Shown here one piece after another: positions 10,539 through 19,271 of a stretch of DNA of 64,000 nucleotides. Origin of the DNA: Pedobacter sp. (GTDB taxonomy: Bacteria; Desulfobacterota; Desulfuromonadia; Desulfuromonadales; Syntrophotaleaceae); assembly GCA_050253415.1 (NCBI GenBank), contig JBFWJC010000002.1, forward strand, positions 128,001-192,000, read 5' to 3'. Below the pieces are notes generated by a model, which was not told the origin of the DNA, searched no databases, and was given only the letters and a program-made list of their open reading frames with translations. How positions within the stretch are numbered: position 1 is the stretch's first letter; each line of letters opens with the position of its first letter. The position numbers and the translations under genes were made by a program.

Positions 10539-11987
10539 ATGAATATTCTGCTGGCCGCTTCCGAAGTGGCCCCCTTTGCCAAGACCGGCGGGCTGGCCGA
10601 TGTGGCCGGAGCCCTGCCCCGTGAATTGCATCGGATGGGGCATGACGTGCGTATTTTCATGCCCCTGTACCGCAGCGTACGGGAAAAGGATTTTGGCCTC
10701 TGCCCTTTGGCCGAGCTGCCGACGGTGGAGGTCGGTGACGTTCATTATAAGGGCCGCCTGTGGCAGGGGGATTTGCAGGGCGTGCCGGTCTATTTTCTGG
10801 AACAGGATGATTTTTTTGATCGGGATGGCCTGTACGGCACTACGCAGCATGATTATGACGACAATGCGGAGCGGTTCGGGTTTTTTGCCAAGGCTCTGCT
10901 GACGGCACTGCCGCAGATCGGCTTCCAACCCGAGGTGCTGCATCTCAATGACTGGCAGACCGGGCTGGTGCCGGCGTTGCTGCGTTCGGAAGCGAATGCT
11001 TTCTATGCCGATACGGCGACGGTGATGACGATTCACAATCTCGGCTACCAGGGGTTGTTCCCCGAGCAGGCCGTCGCTTCCGTGGGGCTCGATCCTGCAC
11101 TGTTCAACATCGAAGGCCTGGAATACTACGGGCAGATGTCGTTTTTGAAAAGCGGCGTGGTGTATGCCGACCTGATTACCACCGTTTCCGAGACGTATTG
11201 CGCCGAGATTCAGACGCCTGAGATGGGGCATGGTTTTGACGGCATACTGCGCGCTCGCGCCGACCGGTTGTTCGGGGTGCTCAATGGCATCGATGACCAG
11301 CTGTGGGATCCGCAACAGGATCCGGCCTTGCCCTCCTGTTACAGTGCCGAAGACCTGGACGGCAAGGCGGAGAACAAGCGCCAGCTGCAAAAGGCTCTGG
11401 GATTGACGGTTGATGCTGATGTGCCGCTGCTGGCCATGGTTACCCGCCTCGCCAGCCAGAAAGGCCTCGACCTGGTGGAGCAGGCCTGGGATGATCTTCT
11501 GGAACGGGGTGTGCAACTGGTGATTCTCGGATCGGGGGATCAGGACACCATGGACCGATTTGAGAAACTCGGTGCGTTGAGTCCCAATCAGGTGGTGGTG
11601 CGCCTGGGGTTCGACGATCGACTGGCACGGCTGATTTACGCCGGCAGTGATATGTTCCTGATGCCCAGCCATTACGAGCCCTGCGGGCTGGGGCAGCTTA
11701 TTGCCCTGCGTTACGGCAGCGTGCCGGTGGTACGCAAGACCGGTGGTCTGGCCGATACGGTTTTCGACCCGCAGGACCAGGCACCGCAGGCTAACGGGTT
11801 TACCTTCAGCCCGGTTGCGGCTGCCGCCATGCTTGCGGCCATCGATCGGTCCCTGGCCCTGTATCGCATCCCGGAGAAATGGCAGCAGTTGGTGCGTTCG
11901 GGGATGCGGGGGGATTTTTCCTGGCGGCAATCGGCGTTGCGCTATGTCGACCTTTATCAAAAAGCTGTGGAGTTGCACCATGAGTGA
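10539..11987 (+). CDS. glgA: Glycogen synthase
   Basis: SEVAPFAKTGGLADV, HLNDWQ, TIHNLGYQG, MPSHYEPCGL, KTGGL. Confidence 0.95.
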   Translation: MNILLAASEVAPFAKTGGLADVAGALPRELHRMGHDVRIFMPLYRSVREKDFGLCPLAELPTVEVGDVHYKGRLWQGDLQGVPVYFLEQDDFFDRDGLYGTTQHDYDDNAERFGFFAKALLTALPQIGFQPEVLHLNDWQTGLVPALLRSEANAFYADTATVMTIHNLGYQGLFPEQAVASVGLDPALFNIEGLEYYGQMSFLKSGVVYADLITTVSETYCAEIQTPEMGHGFDGILRARADRLFGVLNGIDDQLWDPQQDPALPSCYSAEDLDGKAENKRQLQKALGLTVDADVPLLAMVTRLASQKGLDLVEQAWDDLLERGVQLVILGSGDQDTMDRFEKLGALSPNQVVVRLGFDDRLARLIYAGSDMFLMPSHYEPCGLGQLIALRYGSVPVVRKTGGLADTVFDPQDQAPQANGFTFSPVAAAAMLAAIDRSLALYRIPEKWQQLVRSGMRGDFSWRQSALRYVDLYQKAVELHHE

Positions 11988-12201
11988 CGTGCAGGATCAG
12001 GGCATCCGGGATGCCATGGATGAGCAGGAACCGACTGCCGACGGGCAGGCTGACATGTTCCCCGAGTTTGAAGAGTTGCGCCGGCAGGTTGCCCAGCGCA
12101 TTCGGGACAATCAACGGTTTCTGGATGGGATCTTTGACGAGGACTTCGTCGAGGATGAAGACTTTGACGAGGTAGAGGAAGAGTCTTTTGAGGAGTTGTA
12201 A
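11980..12201 (+). CDS. Small acidic hypothetical protein
   Basis: ATG overlaps the glgA end; MSDVQDQG... with an Asp/Glu-rich tail. Confidence 0.65.
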   Translation: MSDVQDQGIRDAMDEQEPTADGQADMFPEFEELRRQVAQRIRDNQRFLDGIFDEDFVEDEDFDEVEEESFEEL

Positions 12202-12221
12202 ATAGGCTCTATTTAAGTCAG

Positions 12222-12340
12222 AACCATTCTCTCGCTCGTTCGCTGCGCTCACTCAAGCCACAAAGTCCACAGAGGAAGGCAAAATCATTTTTCTTTGTGG
12301 CTTCGTGTCTTGAGCGACTGAAAGGAGCGAGCGCGAGATG
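12222..12340. repeat. Multicopy palindromic intergenic element, copy 1
   Basis: Homologous to 25605-25725 (CGCTCGTTCGCT..GCTCACT.AAGCC.CAAAG ... CGACTGAAAGGAG.GAGCG.GAGA); between convergent genes. Confidence 0.75.
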
Positions 12341-12396
12341 ATGTTAATGATCTTTGTGATGAAAAAGTACCCTTTCAGGTCCTGTCGAGTTCAGTA

Positions 12397-12687
12397 TTAA
12401 TCCTGCTTGAGCTTTTCCAGGTAAGCTTCCCATTCGATCGGCAACAGATGCTGTTTCTGGCTGTTGCACTCCTTGCAGGCCGCTACGCAGTTGCCCTTGG
12501 TGGAGCGTCCCCCTCGTACCAGCGGCACGATGTGGTCCAGGGTCAATTCCCGCGGTTCGACCCGGGCGCCGCAATAGTGGCAAATACCGCTGGCAATGCG
12601 GTTTTTCCACCACTGACTGCGACGCAGATCGCGGGCCTTCTGCCGTTCCTGCCGCATCTGTTCTTCCGATACATCCAACCAATCCAT
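12397..12687 (-). CDS. Small HNH endonuclease-domain protein
   Basis: CHYCG...LTLDHIVP..RGG..GNCVAACKECN. Confidence 0.9.
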   Translation of the reverse strand: MDWLDVSEEQMRQERQKARDLRRSQWWKNRIASGICHYCGARVEPRELTLDHIVPLVRGGRSTKGNCVAACKECNSQKQHLLPIEWEAYLEKLKQD

Positions 12688-12703
12688 TTTTTTCTCTTTT
12701 AAA

Positions 12704-12764
12704 TCAGTGATTAGTGAATAGTGATTAGTATTTGGGATTTTCCAGTCACCAGTTACTAATCACC
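12704..12764. repeat. Inverted heptamer repeat (TAGTGAN / NTCACTA type)
   Basis: cagtgattagtgaatagtgattagta ... cagtcaccagttactaatcacc. Confidence 0.6.
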
Positions 12765-12785
12765 GATTCCAAGCCTCTGTCCGTC

Positions 12786-13577
12786 TTACAGAATCATAAA
12801 CCCGAGCTGTCGGCCGGTCACACCCTGGTCGCGGCGGTAGGAAAAGAACATCTCACGATGACAGCAGGTGCACTCTTCCACTACGCCGATATTTGAAGAC
12901 TTAATGCCGACGTCTTCCAGTTGCAGCAGGCAACTGCGCTTGAGGTCGAGCTGCCATTTGCCCAGAGAGGTTTCCTCGGCAATCTGCGGCCAGCGGCCGC
13001 TTCCCTGGCGGAAGGCATCTCGCACGGTACGATCGACTTCGTAATGGTGGGCGCCGATGCCGGCGCCGATCGCGGCTTGCAGATTTTCGGCCTGACAGCC
13101 GAAGGTTGCATGCATGGCCTCGATGGTTTTGCCCAGCAGGCAATTGGCTGCGCCGCGCCAACCTACGTGGACCGCTGCACCGACTTTAAGTATCGGATCG
13201 TGCAGCAGCACCGGAAAACAATCTGCTACCAGTACGCCAAACATGAAGCCGGGCTGGTTGGTAATGATGGCATCGCTTGCCACTGTCAGAAAATGGGACA
13301 ATTCGTGGTTCGGTTGGTCGACGATCAGTATGTCGGTGCCGTGTACCTGCTTGACGGTCAACAGCTGGTGCGGATGCAGATCAAAAGCCCGAGTCAGGTT
13401 CGAGCGGTTGCCTTCCACATTGTGGCGTGGATCCTCGGTATTGTAGCCCAGGTTCAGTGAGTTGTATGGGGGCCGGCTAATGCCGCCGTTGCGGGTGGTA
13501 AACCCGGCCATAACCGATTCTCCGGTTACCCAGTCGGGTTGCATATAGCTGATCTTGCCTTTGCGTATCAGTTTCAT
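12786..13577 (-). CDS. pgeF: Peptidoglycan editing factor / purine nucleoside phosphorylase YfiH
   Basis: FTTRNGG, SLNLG, QVHG, VADCFPVL, HVGWRG, FFSYRR; adjacent to rluD. Confidence 0.9.
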   Translation of the reverse strand: MKLIRKGKISYMQPDWVTGESVMAGFTTRNGGISRPPYNSLNLGYNTEDPRHNVEGNRSNLTRAFDLHPHQLLTVKQVHGTDILIVDQPNHELSHFLTVASDAIITNQPGFMFGVLVADCFPVLLHDPILKVGAAVHVGWRGAANCLLGKTIEAMHATFGCQAENLQAAIGAGIGAHHYEVDRTVRDAFRQGSGRWPQIAEETSLGKWQLDLKRSCLLQLEDVGIKSSNIGVVEECTCCHREMFFSYRRDQGVTGRQLGFMIL

Positions 13578-13644
13578 AAACCGTGGAATCTCCTGTTTAA
13601 CGCTCCGCCAACGGCAGATGCGGATAATTTCGAATATGCTTCAT

Positions 13645-13756
13645 ACCACGAAGGACACGAAGAGCACGAAGAAAGACTTTAAAAACAAACCGTCATTTGT
13701 TTGGTTGTAACCTGAAACTCGGGTTCTTACTTCGTGTCCTTCGTGATCTTCGTGGT
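13645..13756. repeat. Palindromic element built from 9-bp CACGAAG units
   Basis: ACCACGAAGGACACGAAGAGCACGAAG ... CTTCGTGTCCTTCGTGATCTTCGTGGT. Confidence 0.75.
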
Positions 13757-13798
13757 GAGAAGCCTTAATCTGCTCTGGATAACTATTCGGCAGTGCCT

Positions 13799-14779
13799 TC
13801 ACGCGAAAGGCGGCTGCCCGTATTTTTCCGTAAGATAATCGATAACAGCCCGCATGTCAGGTGGCAGCGGGCTGCCGAATTCAATGTATTCCTGGGTTTC
13901 CGGATGGATAAAACCCAACAGACGGGCATGCAGAGCCTGTCTATTAAGCTCTTTTACCCTTTTGATCAGTTGCGGATCGCTCAGGCTCTTCATGCGTCCG
14001 CTGCCTCCGTAGGCAGGGTCGCCCACCAGGGGATGCTGCTGTTCGGAAAGATGCACCCGGATTTGGTGCGTGCGACCGGTTTCGAGGGTCAGTTCAACCA
14101 GTGTCAGCCGGTCAGCATCAAAGCGGCGCAGGACCCGCCAGTGGGTAACGGCATGTCGTCCGGTACGGCAGGTCGTACTCATCTTCTTGCGATGGGTAGG
14201 ATGCCGCCCGATGGGCTGGTCGATCATGCCCTTGTCTCCAACCATCAGGCCGTGAATCAGGGCAACGTAGCGTCGCGTGATGGAGTGAGCCTTAAACTGT
14301 GCGGCCAGGTTCTGGTGGGCGTTGTCATTTTTGGTGGCCACCATGACACCCGAGGTGTCTTTGTCAAGACGGTGCACAATCCCGGGGCGCAATTCGCCGC
14401 CGATGCCGGAAAGGTCATGGCAGTGATGCAAAAGAGCGTTGACCAGGGTTCCCTGATAATGACCGGGAGCCGGATGAACCACCATGCCGGGCGGTTTGTC
14501 GATGACGATCAGGTGCCGATCTTCGTACAGAACGGTCAACGGAATGTCTTCGGAAATGGCTTCGGCGGGGCTCGGATCCGGTATATTCACGATCAGGGTT
14601 TCGCCACCCTTGAGTTTGCCCCCGGCTTTGGCAGGGGAGCCATCGAGTAATACTTGTCCGTCGTCGATGAGCTTTTTCAGTTGGGAGCGGCTCAATTCCG
14701 GTAATTGCTCAGCCAGAAACCGGTCCAGTCGGTCCGGTTTACGCCCCCGGTCGAAACATAGGGTAAGTTGCTGCACCAT
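13799..14779 (-). CDS. rluD: RluA-family 23S rRNA pseudouridine synthase
   Basis: S4 domain (RLDRFLA..SRSQ), IVHRLDKDTSG, LETGRTHQIRVH. Confidence 0.92.
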   Translation of the reverse strand: MVQQLTLCFDRGRKPDRLDRFLAEQLPELSRSQLKKLIDDGQVLLDGSPAKAGGKLKGGETLIVNIPDPSPAEAISEDIPLTVLYEDRHLIVIDKPPGMVVHPAPGHYQGTLVNALLHHCHDLSGIGGELRPGIVHRLDKDTSGVMVATKNDNAHQNLAAQFKAHSITRRYVALIHGLMVGDKGMIDQPIGRHPTHRKKMSTTCRTGRHAVTHWRVLRRFDADRLTLVELTLETGRTHQIRVHLSEQQHPLVGDPAYGGSGRMKSLSDPQLIKRVKELNRQALHARLLGFIHPETQEYIEFGSPLPPDMRAVIDYLTEKYGQPPFA

Positions 14780-15049
14780 CTACCAGATCGTACTTTTGAT
14801 CCGCCCGGCCTGCTTGACCATGACGTCGACTACCGCCCTGTCGAACAGGTGATCGCGATTGGGGATGTCTTCGGAAATCCGCGCCAGAAAATGTTCACGT
14901 CCCTCCTGCAGCTCATCGCTGAGCAGGTCAAAAAGGGAATCCTTCTCTATGCCTTCCTGTACCTTATGCTGGTTATACAGGGCGATATCCGAAACGATGG
15001 CGCGTGCCAGCCGGAAGGCGAGTTTTGGATTGTCGACGATCCTTGCCAT
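14780..15049 (-). CDS. Conserved hypothetical protein
   Basis: Fills the gap between degQ and rluD; GGAGG RBS; ARAIVSDIALYN motif. Confidence 0.75.
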   Translation of the reverse strand: MARIVDNPKLAFRLARAIVSDIALYNQHKVQEGIEKDSLFDLLSDELQEGREHFLARISEDIPNRDHLFDRAVVDVMVKQAGRIKSTIW

Positions 15050-15139
15050 GGGTTCCTCCCACTAACTTGAGGGTGGCATGGGCGGCTTGTCCCGCCAGCG
15101 GCGGTAAAAAATGATGCGCCCGTGCAATGCATTGGATGG

Positions 15140-16579
15140 TTATTGTGGGGTTGACTCCGTATCCCACGCGGTGACGGGAAGAGCCAGATACAGAGTGGCG
15201 TCTCCTCGCTTGATCAGTAGTCGTACGATCCTGCCCTTGCGTGCCTCGTCCAGAGCCCGGTCAAAGGAGCGCAGATCGGTCAATTTGGTCTTGTTAAGCG
15301 CCAGCATGATGTCGCCGGTGCGAATACCCGCAGCGGCCCCCACGCCTTGGGGATCGACCTCTTTTACCTCAAGGCCGTTGTTCTGTTCCGTGTTGACCAG
15401 GGTCAGTCCCAGCGTTTGGCGTTCCCCGGTGGTGGCGCCGACCATGGCCTGGTTGCGTTGGCGGATGGTGACCTCAACAGTCAACCGCTGGCCATCACGC
15501 AGTAATTTAAGCGGCACGGTCTTGCCTGCGTGCATGCTGACGATCTGCAGTTGCAGATCACTGGCATTGCGGATATTGCGACCGTTAATTTCGAGCAGGA
15601 TGTCGCCACGGCGGATACCGGCCTGCTGTGCCGGGGAGTCCGGCTGCACCTGGTTGACCAATGCGCCCATGGCCCGGTCGAGGCCGAACGAATCCGCCAG
15701 ATCGGGCGACAGGTCCTGTATGCCTACCCCCAGCCAGCCGCGGACCACCTGGCCGGTCGCCATCAACTGATCGGCGATAGCGCGGGCCATGTTGATGGGG
15801 ATGGCGAAGCCGATACCCTGGCCGCTGGCCACGATGGCGGTGTTGATGCCGATCACTTCGCCATAGATATTGAGTAGCGGGCCGCCGGAATTGCCGGGGT
15901 TGATCGAAGCATCGGTCTGGATGAAGTCTTCATAGTCTTCGATGCCGATATCGGTGCGGCTGGTGGCCGACACGACACCCACCGTCAGGGTGCGATCGAG
16001 ACCGAAAGGGTTGCCGATAGCCAGTGCCCACTGTCCGACCTGCAGCGCATCGGAATCACCCAATACCGCGGTGGGAAGAGGCACGCTCGACACGATTTTG
16101 AGTACCGCGACATCGGTGCGCGGGTCGGAGCCGATCAGCTTGCCGTCGTAGACGCGATCATCCGACAATTTAACCTTGATTTCTTCGGCACCCTTGACAA
16201 CATGCTCGTTGGTCAGGATGTAGCCGTCTGAGCTGATGATCACGCCGGAACCGAGGCTGCGGGATTTTTGCTGAGGGAGGCTGCGGCCCTTGAACAGCTC
16301 GTTGAAAAAATCCTCGAACAACGGCCCCAGTTCGGGACCACGGCTTACCTGGGCGGCCTGGATATTGACCACCGAGGGGGTGACTTTTTCAGATACTTCG
16401 ATAAAAGCCGTCTGGGTAGCGAGCAGTTCCGGTGCCGGATTTGGCACCGGCGGTACCTGGGCGCCATGCTTCGTAGCCGGTGTTGGCGGCTCCAGCGTGT
16501 CTTTTTTGCAAGCAGGCAAAATTGCCACAACCAGGCTGCCGAGAAGCAGCGCTATAAAAATACGCCGAAAACGGATCAT
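15140..16579 (-). CDS. degQ: Do/DegQ-family periplasmic serine protease (lipoprotein signal, 2 PDZ)
   Basis: SLGSGVI, LTNEHV, DVAVLK, IQTDASINPGNSGGPL; start taken at MIRFRR. Confidence 0.92.
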   Translation of the reverse strand: MIRFRRIFIALLLGSLVVAILPACKKDTLEPPTPATKHGAQVPPVPNPAPELLATQTAFIEVSEKVTPSVVNIQAAQVSRGPELGPLFEDFFNELFKGRSLPQQKSRSLGSGVIISSDGYILTNEHVVKGAEEIKVKLSDDRVYDGKLIGSDPRTDVAVLKIVSSVPLPTAVLGDSDALQVGQWALAIGNPFGLDRTLTVGVVSATSRTDIGIEDYEDFIQTDASINPGNSGGPLLNIYGEVIGINTAIVASGQGIGFAIPINMARAIADQLMATGQVVRGWLGVGIQDLSPDLADSFGLDRAMGALVNQVQPDSPAQQAGIRRGDILLEINGRNIRNASDLQLQIVSMHAGKTVPLKLLRDGQRLTVEVTIRQRNQAMVGATTGERQTLGLTLVNTEQNNGLEVKEVDPQGVGAAAGIRTGDIMLALNKTKLTDLRSFDRALDEARKGRIVRLLIKRGDATLYLALPVTAWDTESTPQ

Positions 16580-16638
16580 TTTTCGTTCCTTTTCAGGTGG
16601 ATAAATCACCGGCAGCGTAGCGGAAAAACCTGAAACTG

Positions 16639-17382
16639 TCAATCGTTGCGGCATTCGGGGAGCTGTCTTATGAATTGCAGCAGATCGTCGTGGTTGCCAC
16701 GATAGGTAGCCTGGTCGGCAAGTTGGTCATGATCGATCAGGCGCGTATCGACAAGATAGGTGGCGATACCCGCATGATGGGCCGGCAGATCGTACTGGGT
16801 ATCGTTGCCGATCATGATCACCTGCTCCGGTTCGAGATCCAGTCTGGCGAGGATATCGAGAAAAAAATACCGATTCGGTTTACAATAATGGCTGTTTTCG
16901 TAGCTGCTGATATGATGATAGGGGAAATCTGACAATCCGGCGCTGCGCAGACGGGCGTCGATAGCCGGTCGGGGAAAAACCGGATTGGTTGCCAGCGCGA
17001 CCTTCAGATTTTTGTCGAAGCAGGTTTGCAGGATTGCGCGCGATTGAGGGAAGGGTTTCACCAGGTGTGCCAGGGCGGCCAACCCCTCTTTGTAGAAATG
17101 TTGCAGACGTTGATGGAGCTGATGCTTACCGATACCGAGTTGCCGGGCTACCATGGAGAGAAAAAATTGTTCGTTGGTCTGTTCGCCGTCGCGGTTGGAA
17201 AACAGGGCATAGGCTGAACTGATCAGTACCTCGGCAAATACCATGCGGTCGGTAAGATCCTCGAAACAACGCGCCAGGCCATCAACATAACCACTGATAT
17301 AGGGCTCCATTTCGATGTCCAGCAGGGTGCCGTCCAGATCGAACAGGATGCCGTGTATAGGTTCGCAAACCGCAGGTTTCAT
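16639..17382 (-). CDS. HAD-family hydrolase
   Basis: LFDLDGTLLD, LATNP, CKP, MIGND. Confidence 0.88.
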   Translation of the reverse strand: MKPAVCEPIHGILFDLDGTLLDIEMEPYISGYVDGLARCFEDLTDRMVFAEVLISSAYALFSNRDGEQTNEQFFLSMVARQLGIGKHQLHQRLQHFYKEGLAALAHLVKPFPQSRAILQTCFDKNLKVALATNPVFPRPAIDARLRSAGLSDFPYHHISSYENSHYCKPNRYFFLDILARLDLEPEQVIMIGNDTQYDLPAHHAGIATYLVDTRLIDHDQLADQATYRGNHDDLLQFIRQLPECRND

Positions 17383-17581
17383 GGATCACCATCATTGCCA
17401 GGGGGGGAGGTTGACTTATGTATGTTTGACCTTTCAGCCTTTAAATCACTAACATGTTTTTCAAGCATACCATACATGAGACGGTGTCTCGGCGAATCAG
17501 TCCATATCGTGACAAAGGCCTTGACTTGATACTGTACCCAAGGTAAAAAATCTAAGAAAAACAGTGAGGTAAACAAAATCG

Positions 17582-18175
17582 ATGTCCGATATACGTGAAG
17601 AAGTCAAAGACCTGCTCATCGGTCTTAAAATACGCCGTCTGCGCCAGGAACGGCGTATGACCCTGCAGAATCTGTCCGAAGCCACCGGTCTGTCCAAACC
17701 GCTGCTGTCACAAGTCGAAAACGAGCAGGTAATCCCCCCGCTGGCGACCCTGCTGCGCATCGCCAAGGCTCTCAAGGTCGGGTTGCATACCTTTTTCCAG
17801 GAGGAAGGCAGTGTCGAGAAGTGCCTGCTGGTGAGGGCCGGGGAGGGTGGCAGCCAGGATAGCCACAGCAGCCGCAGCCGGCGGCGGACCCCTTATGCCT
17901 ACCAGTCCCTCGGCTACGGCAAAAAACAGCGCAGCCTGGAGCCGTTTTTGATCGAATTCGATGTGCAGCCCTGGCGGGACGATCTGCTGGTCAGTCATGA
18001 AGGCGAGGAGTTTTTGTATATCCTCGAAGGCCAGGTGGAGTTTCACTACGGCGACGAGATTATGGCAGTGGGTCCGGGTGACTCGCTGTATTACGATTCC
18101 AACGAACCCCATGGGTATGTGGCGGTCGGGGACGTTCCGGCGCGGGCGGTGGCGGTCATCTATTCCCAGGAGTAA
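17582..18175 (+). CDS. XRE-family HTH + cupin transcriptional regulator
   Basis: N-terminal HTH (IRRLRQERRMTLQNLSEATGLS), C-terminal cupin (HEGEEF..LEG..GDSLYYDS..PH). Confidence 0.9.
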   Translation: MSDIREEVKDLLIGLKIRRLRQERRMTLQNLSEATGLSKPLLSQVENEQVIPPLATLLRIAKALKVGLHTFFQEEGSVEKCLLVRAGEGGSQDSHSSRSRRRTPYAYQSLGYGKKQRSLEPFLIEFDVQPWRDDLLVSHEGEEFLYILEGQVEFHYGDEIMAVGPGDSLYYDSNEPHGYVAVGDVPARAVAVIYSQE

Positions 18176-18338
18176 AGACCGCAGCTTGACAATCGCGATG
18201 CATTTTCTATGTTTGGATAAATATTCCAAATCCTAAATCGGGGTTGCTATCGGGTCCGAAAGTTTCCTTGGGCGATTTTGATAGCGATAGTGATGAAAGT
18301 AACCTGCAATACATCAGGTTCTGACAGGAGGTAACGGC

Positions 18339-18995
18339 ATGAAACGAATCGGCGTGATTCTATCCGGCTGCGGTGTCTATGACGGCAGCGAGATTCACGA
18401 GGCGGTCCTGGCGTTGCTGGCCATCGAGCGCGCCGGTGCCGAGGCCATATGCATGGCTCCCGATATACAGCAGATGCATGTCATCAACCATTTTAACGGT
18501 CAGACCGAAAGCGGCCAGCAGCGCAGCGTGCTGTCTGAATCGGCGCGTATCGCCCGTGGCAAGGTGGTCGATGTGGCCACCGTCAGTGTTCAGGATATCG
18601 ACGGTCTGGTGATCCCCGGCGGCTACGGCGCGGCCAAAAATCTTTGTGATTTTGCCGTCAAGGGTGCCGCATGCACGGTGCAGCCTGACGTTGAACAATT
18701 GATTAGGGATATGGTCGACAAGGGGAAGCCGGTGGCGGCCATCTGTATCGCCCCGGCCGTGCTGGCCAAGGCTCTGCAGGGCTATGCGCCGCGTTTGACC
18801 ATTGGCAATGATCCGGATACGGTGGCGGCGCTTACGGCCATGGGGGCGCAACACGTCGATTGTCCGGTCGACGATATCGTGGTGGATGAAAAGAACCGGT
18901 TGGTCAGTACGCCGGCCTATATGCTGGCCCAGGATATCGCCGAGGCGGCAACGGGCATCGAAAAAGCGGTGCAGCGGCTTCTGGCCATGATATGA
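18339..18995 (+). CDS. elbB: DJ-1/PfpI-family glyoxalase ElbB
   Basis: LSGCGVYDGSEIHE, ESARIARG, PGGYGAAKNL, ICIAP, TPAYM. Confidence 0.93.
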   Translation: MKRIGVILSGCGVYDGSEIHEAVLALLAIERAGAEAICMAPDIQQMHVINHFNGQTESGQQRSVLSESARIARGKVVDVATVSVQDIDGLVIPGGYGAAKNLCDFAVKGAACTVQPDVEQLIRDMVDKGKPVAAICIAPAVLAKALQGYAPRLTIGNDPDTVAALTAMGAQHVDCPVDDIVVDEKNRLVSTPAYMLAQDIAEAATGIEKAVQRLLAMI

Positions 18996-19020
18996 GCCGG
19001 CAGTGACGGATGAATGGAAT

Positions 19021-19059
19021 ACAACGGGGGCGGACATGATACATGTCCGCCCCCGTTGT
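19021..19059 (+). terminator. Strong hairpin after elbB (probable terminator)
   Basis: Perfect 18-bp inverted repeat ACAACGGGGGCGGACATG-ata-CATGTCCGCCCCCGTTGT. Confidence 0.7.
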
Positions 19060-19271
19060 TGTTGTGTCGTCTTTTTCATCGGGTATGCTTGATGAAACGG
19101 CAAGATGTTGCTCAACTACTGTGAGGGTTGCGTCGGTGACCCTATGCCGATCATGTTTGCCTCGGCAAACATGATATTTTTGGCAAGACCCGAAGAGCTT
19201 GGTGTTTTGCGCGACTATCCTGCCTGAAACCCGGAAACGGTTTTTATCTCATGTTGTGAGGAGTGTGCCCA

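Noticed and set aside
12222..12340. Host palindromic repeats as attC sites
   Set aside because: No paired inner boxes with attC spacing or complementary gene-bracketing 7-mers; they flank housekeeping genes
12397..12687. HNH gene as a homing or mobile element
   Set aside because: Stand-alone small HNH at the end of the rluD-pgeF run, with no intron, intein or mobility context
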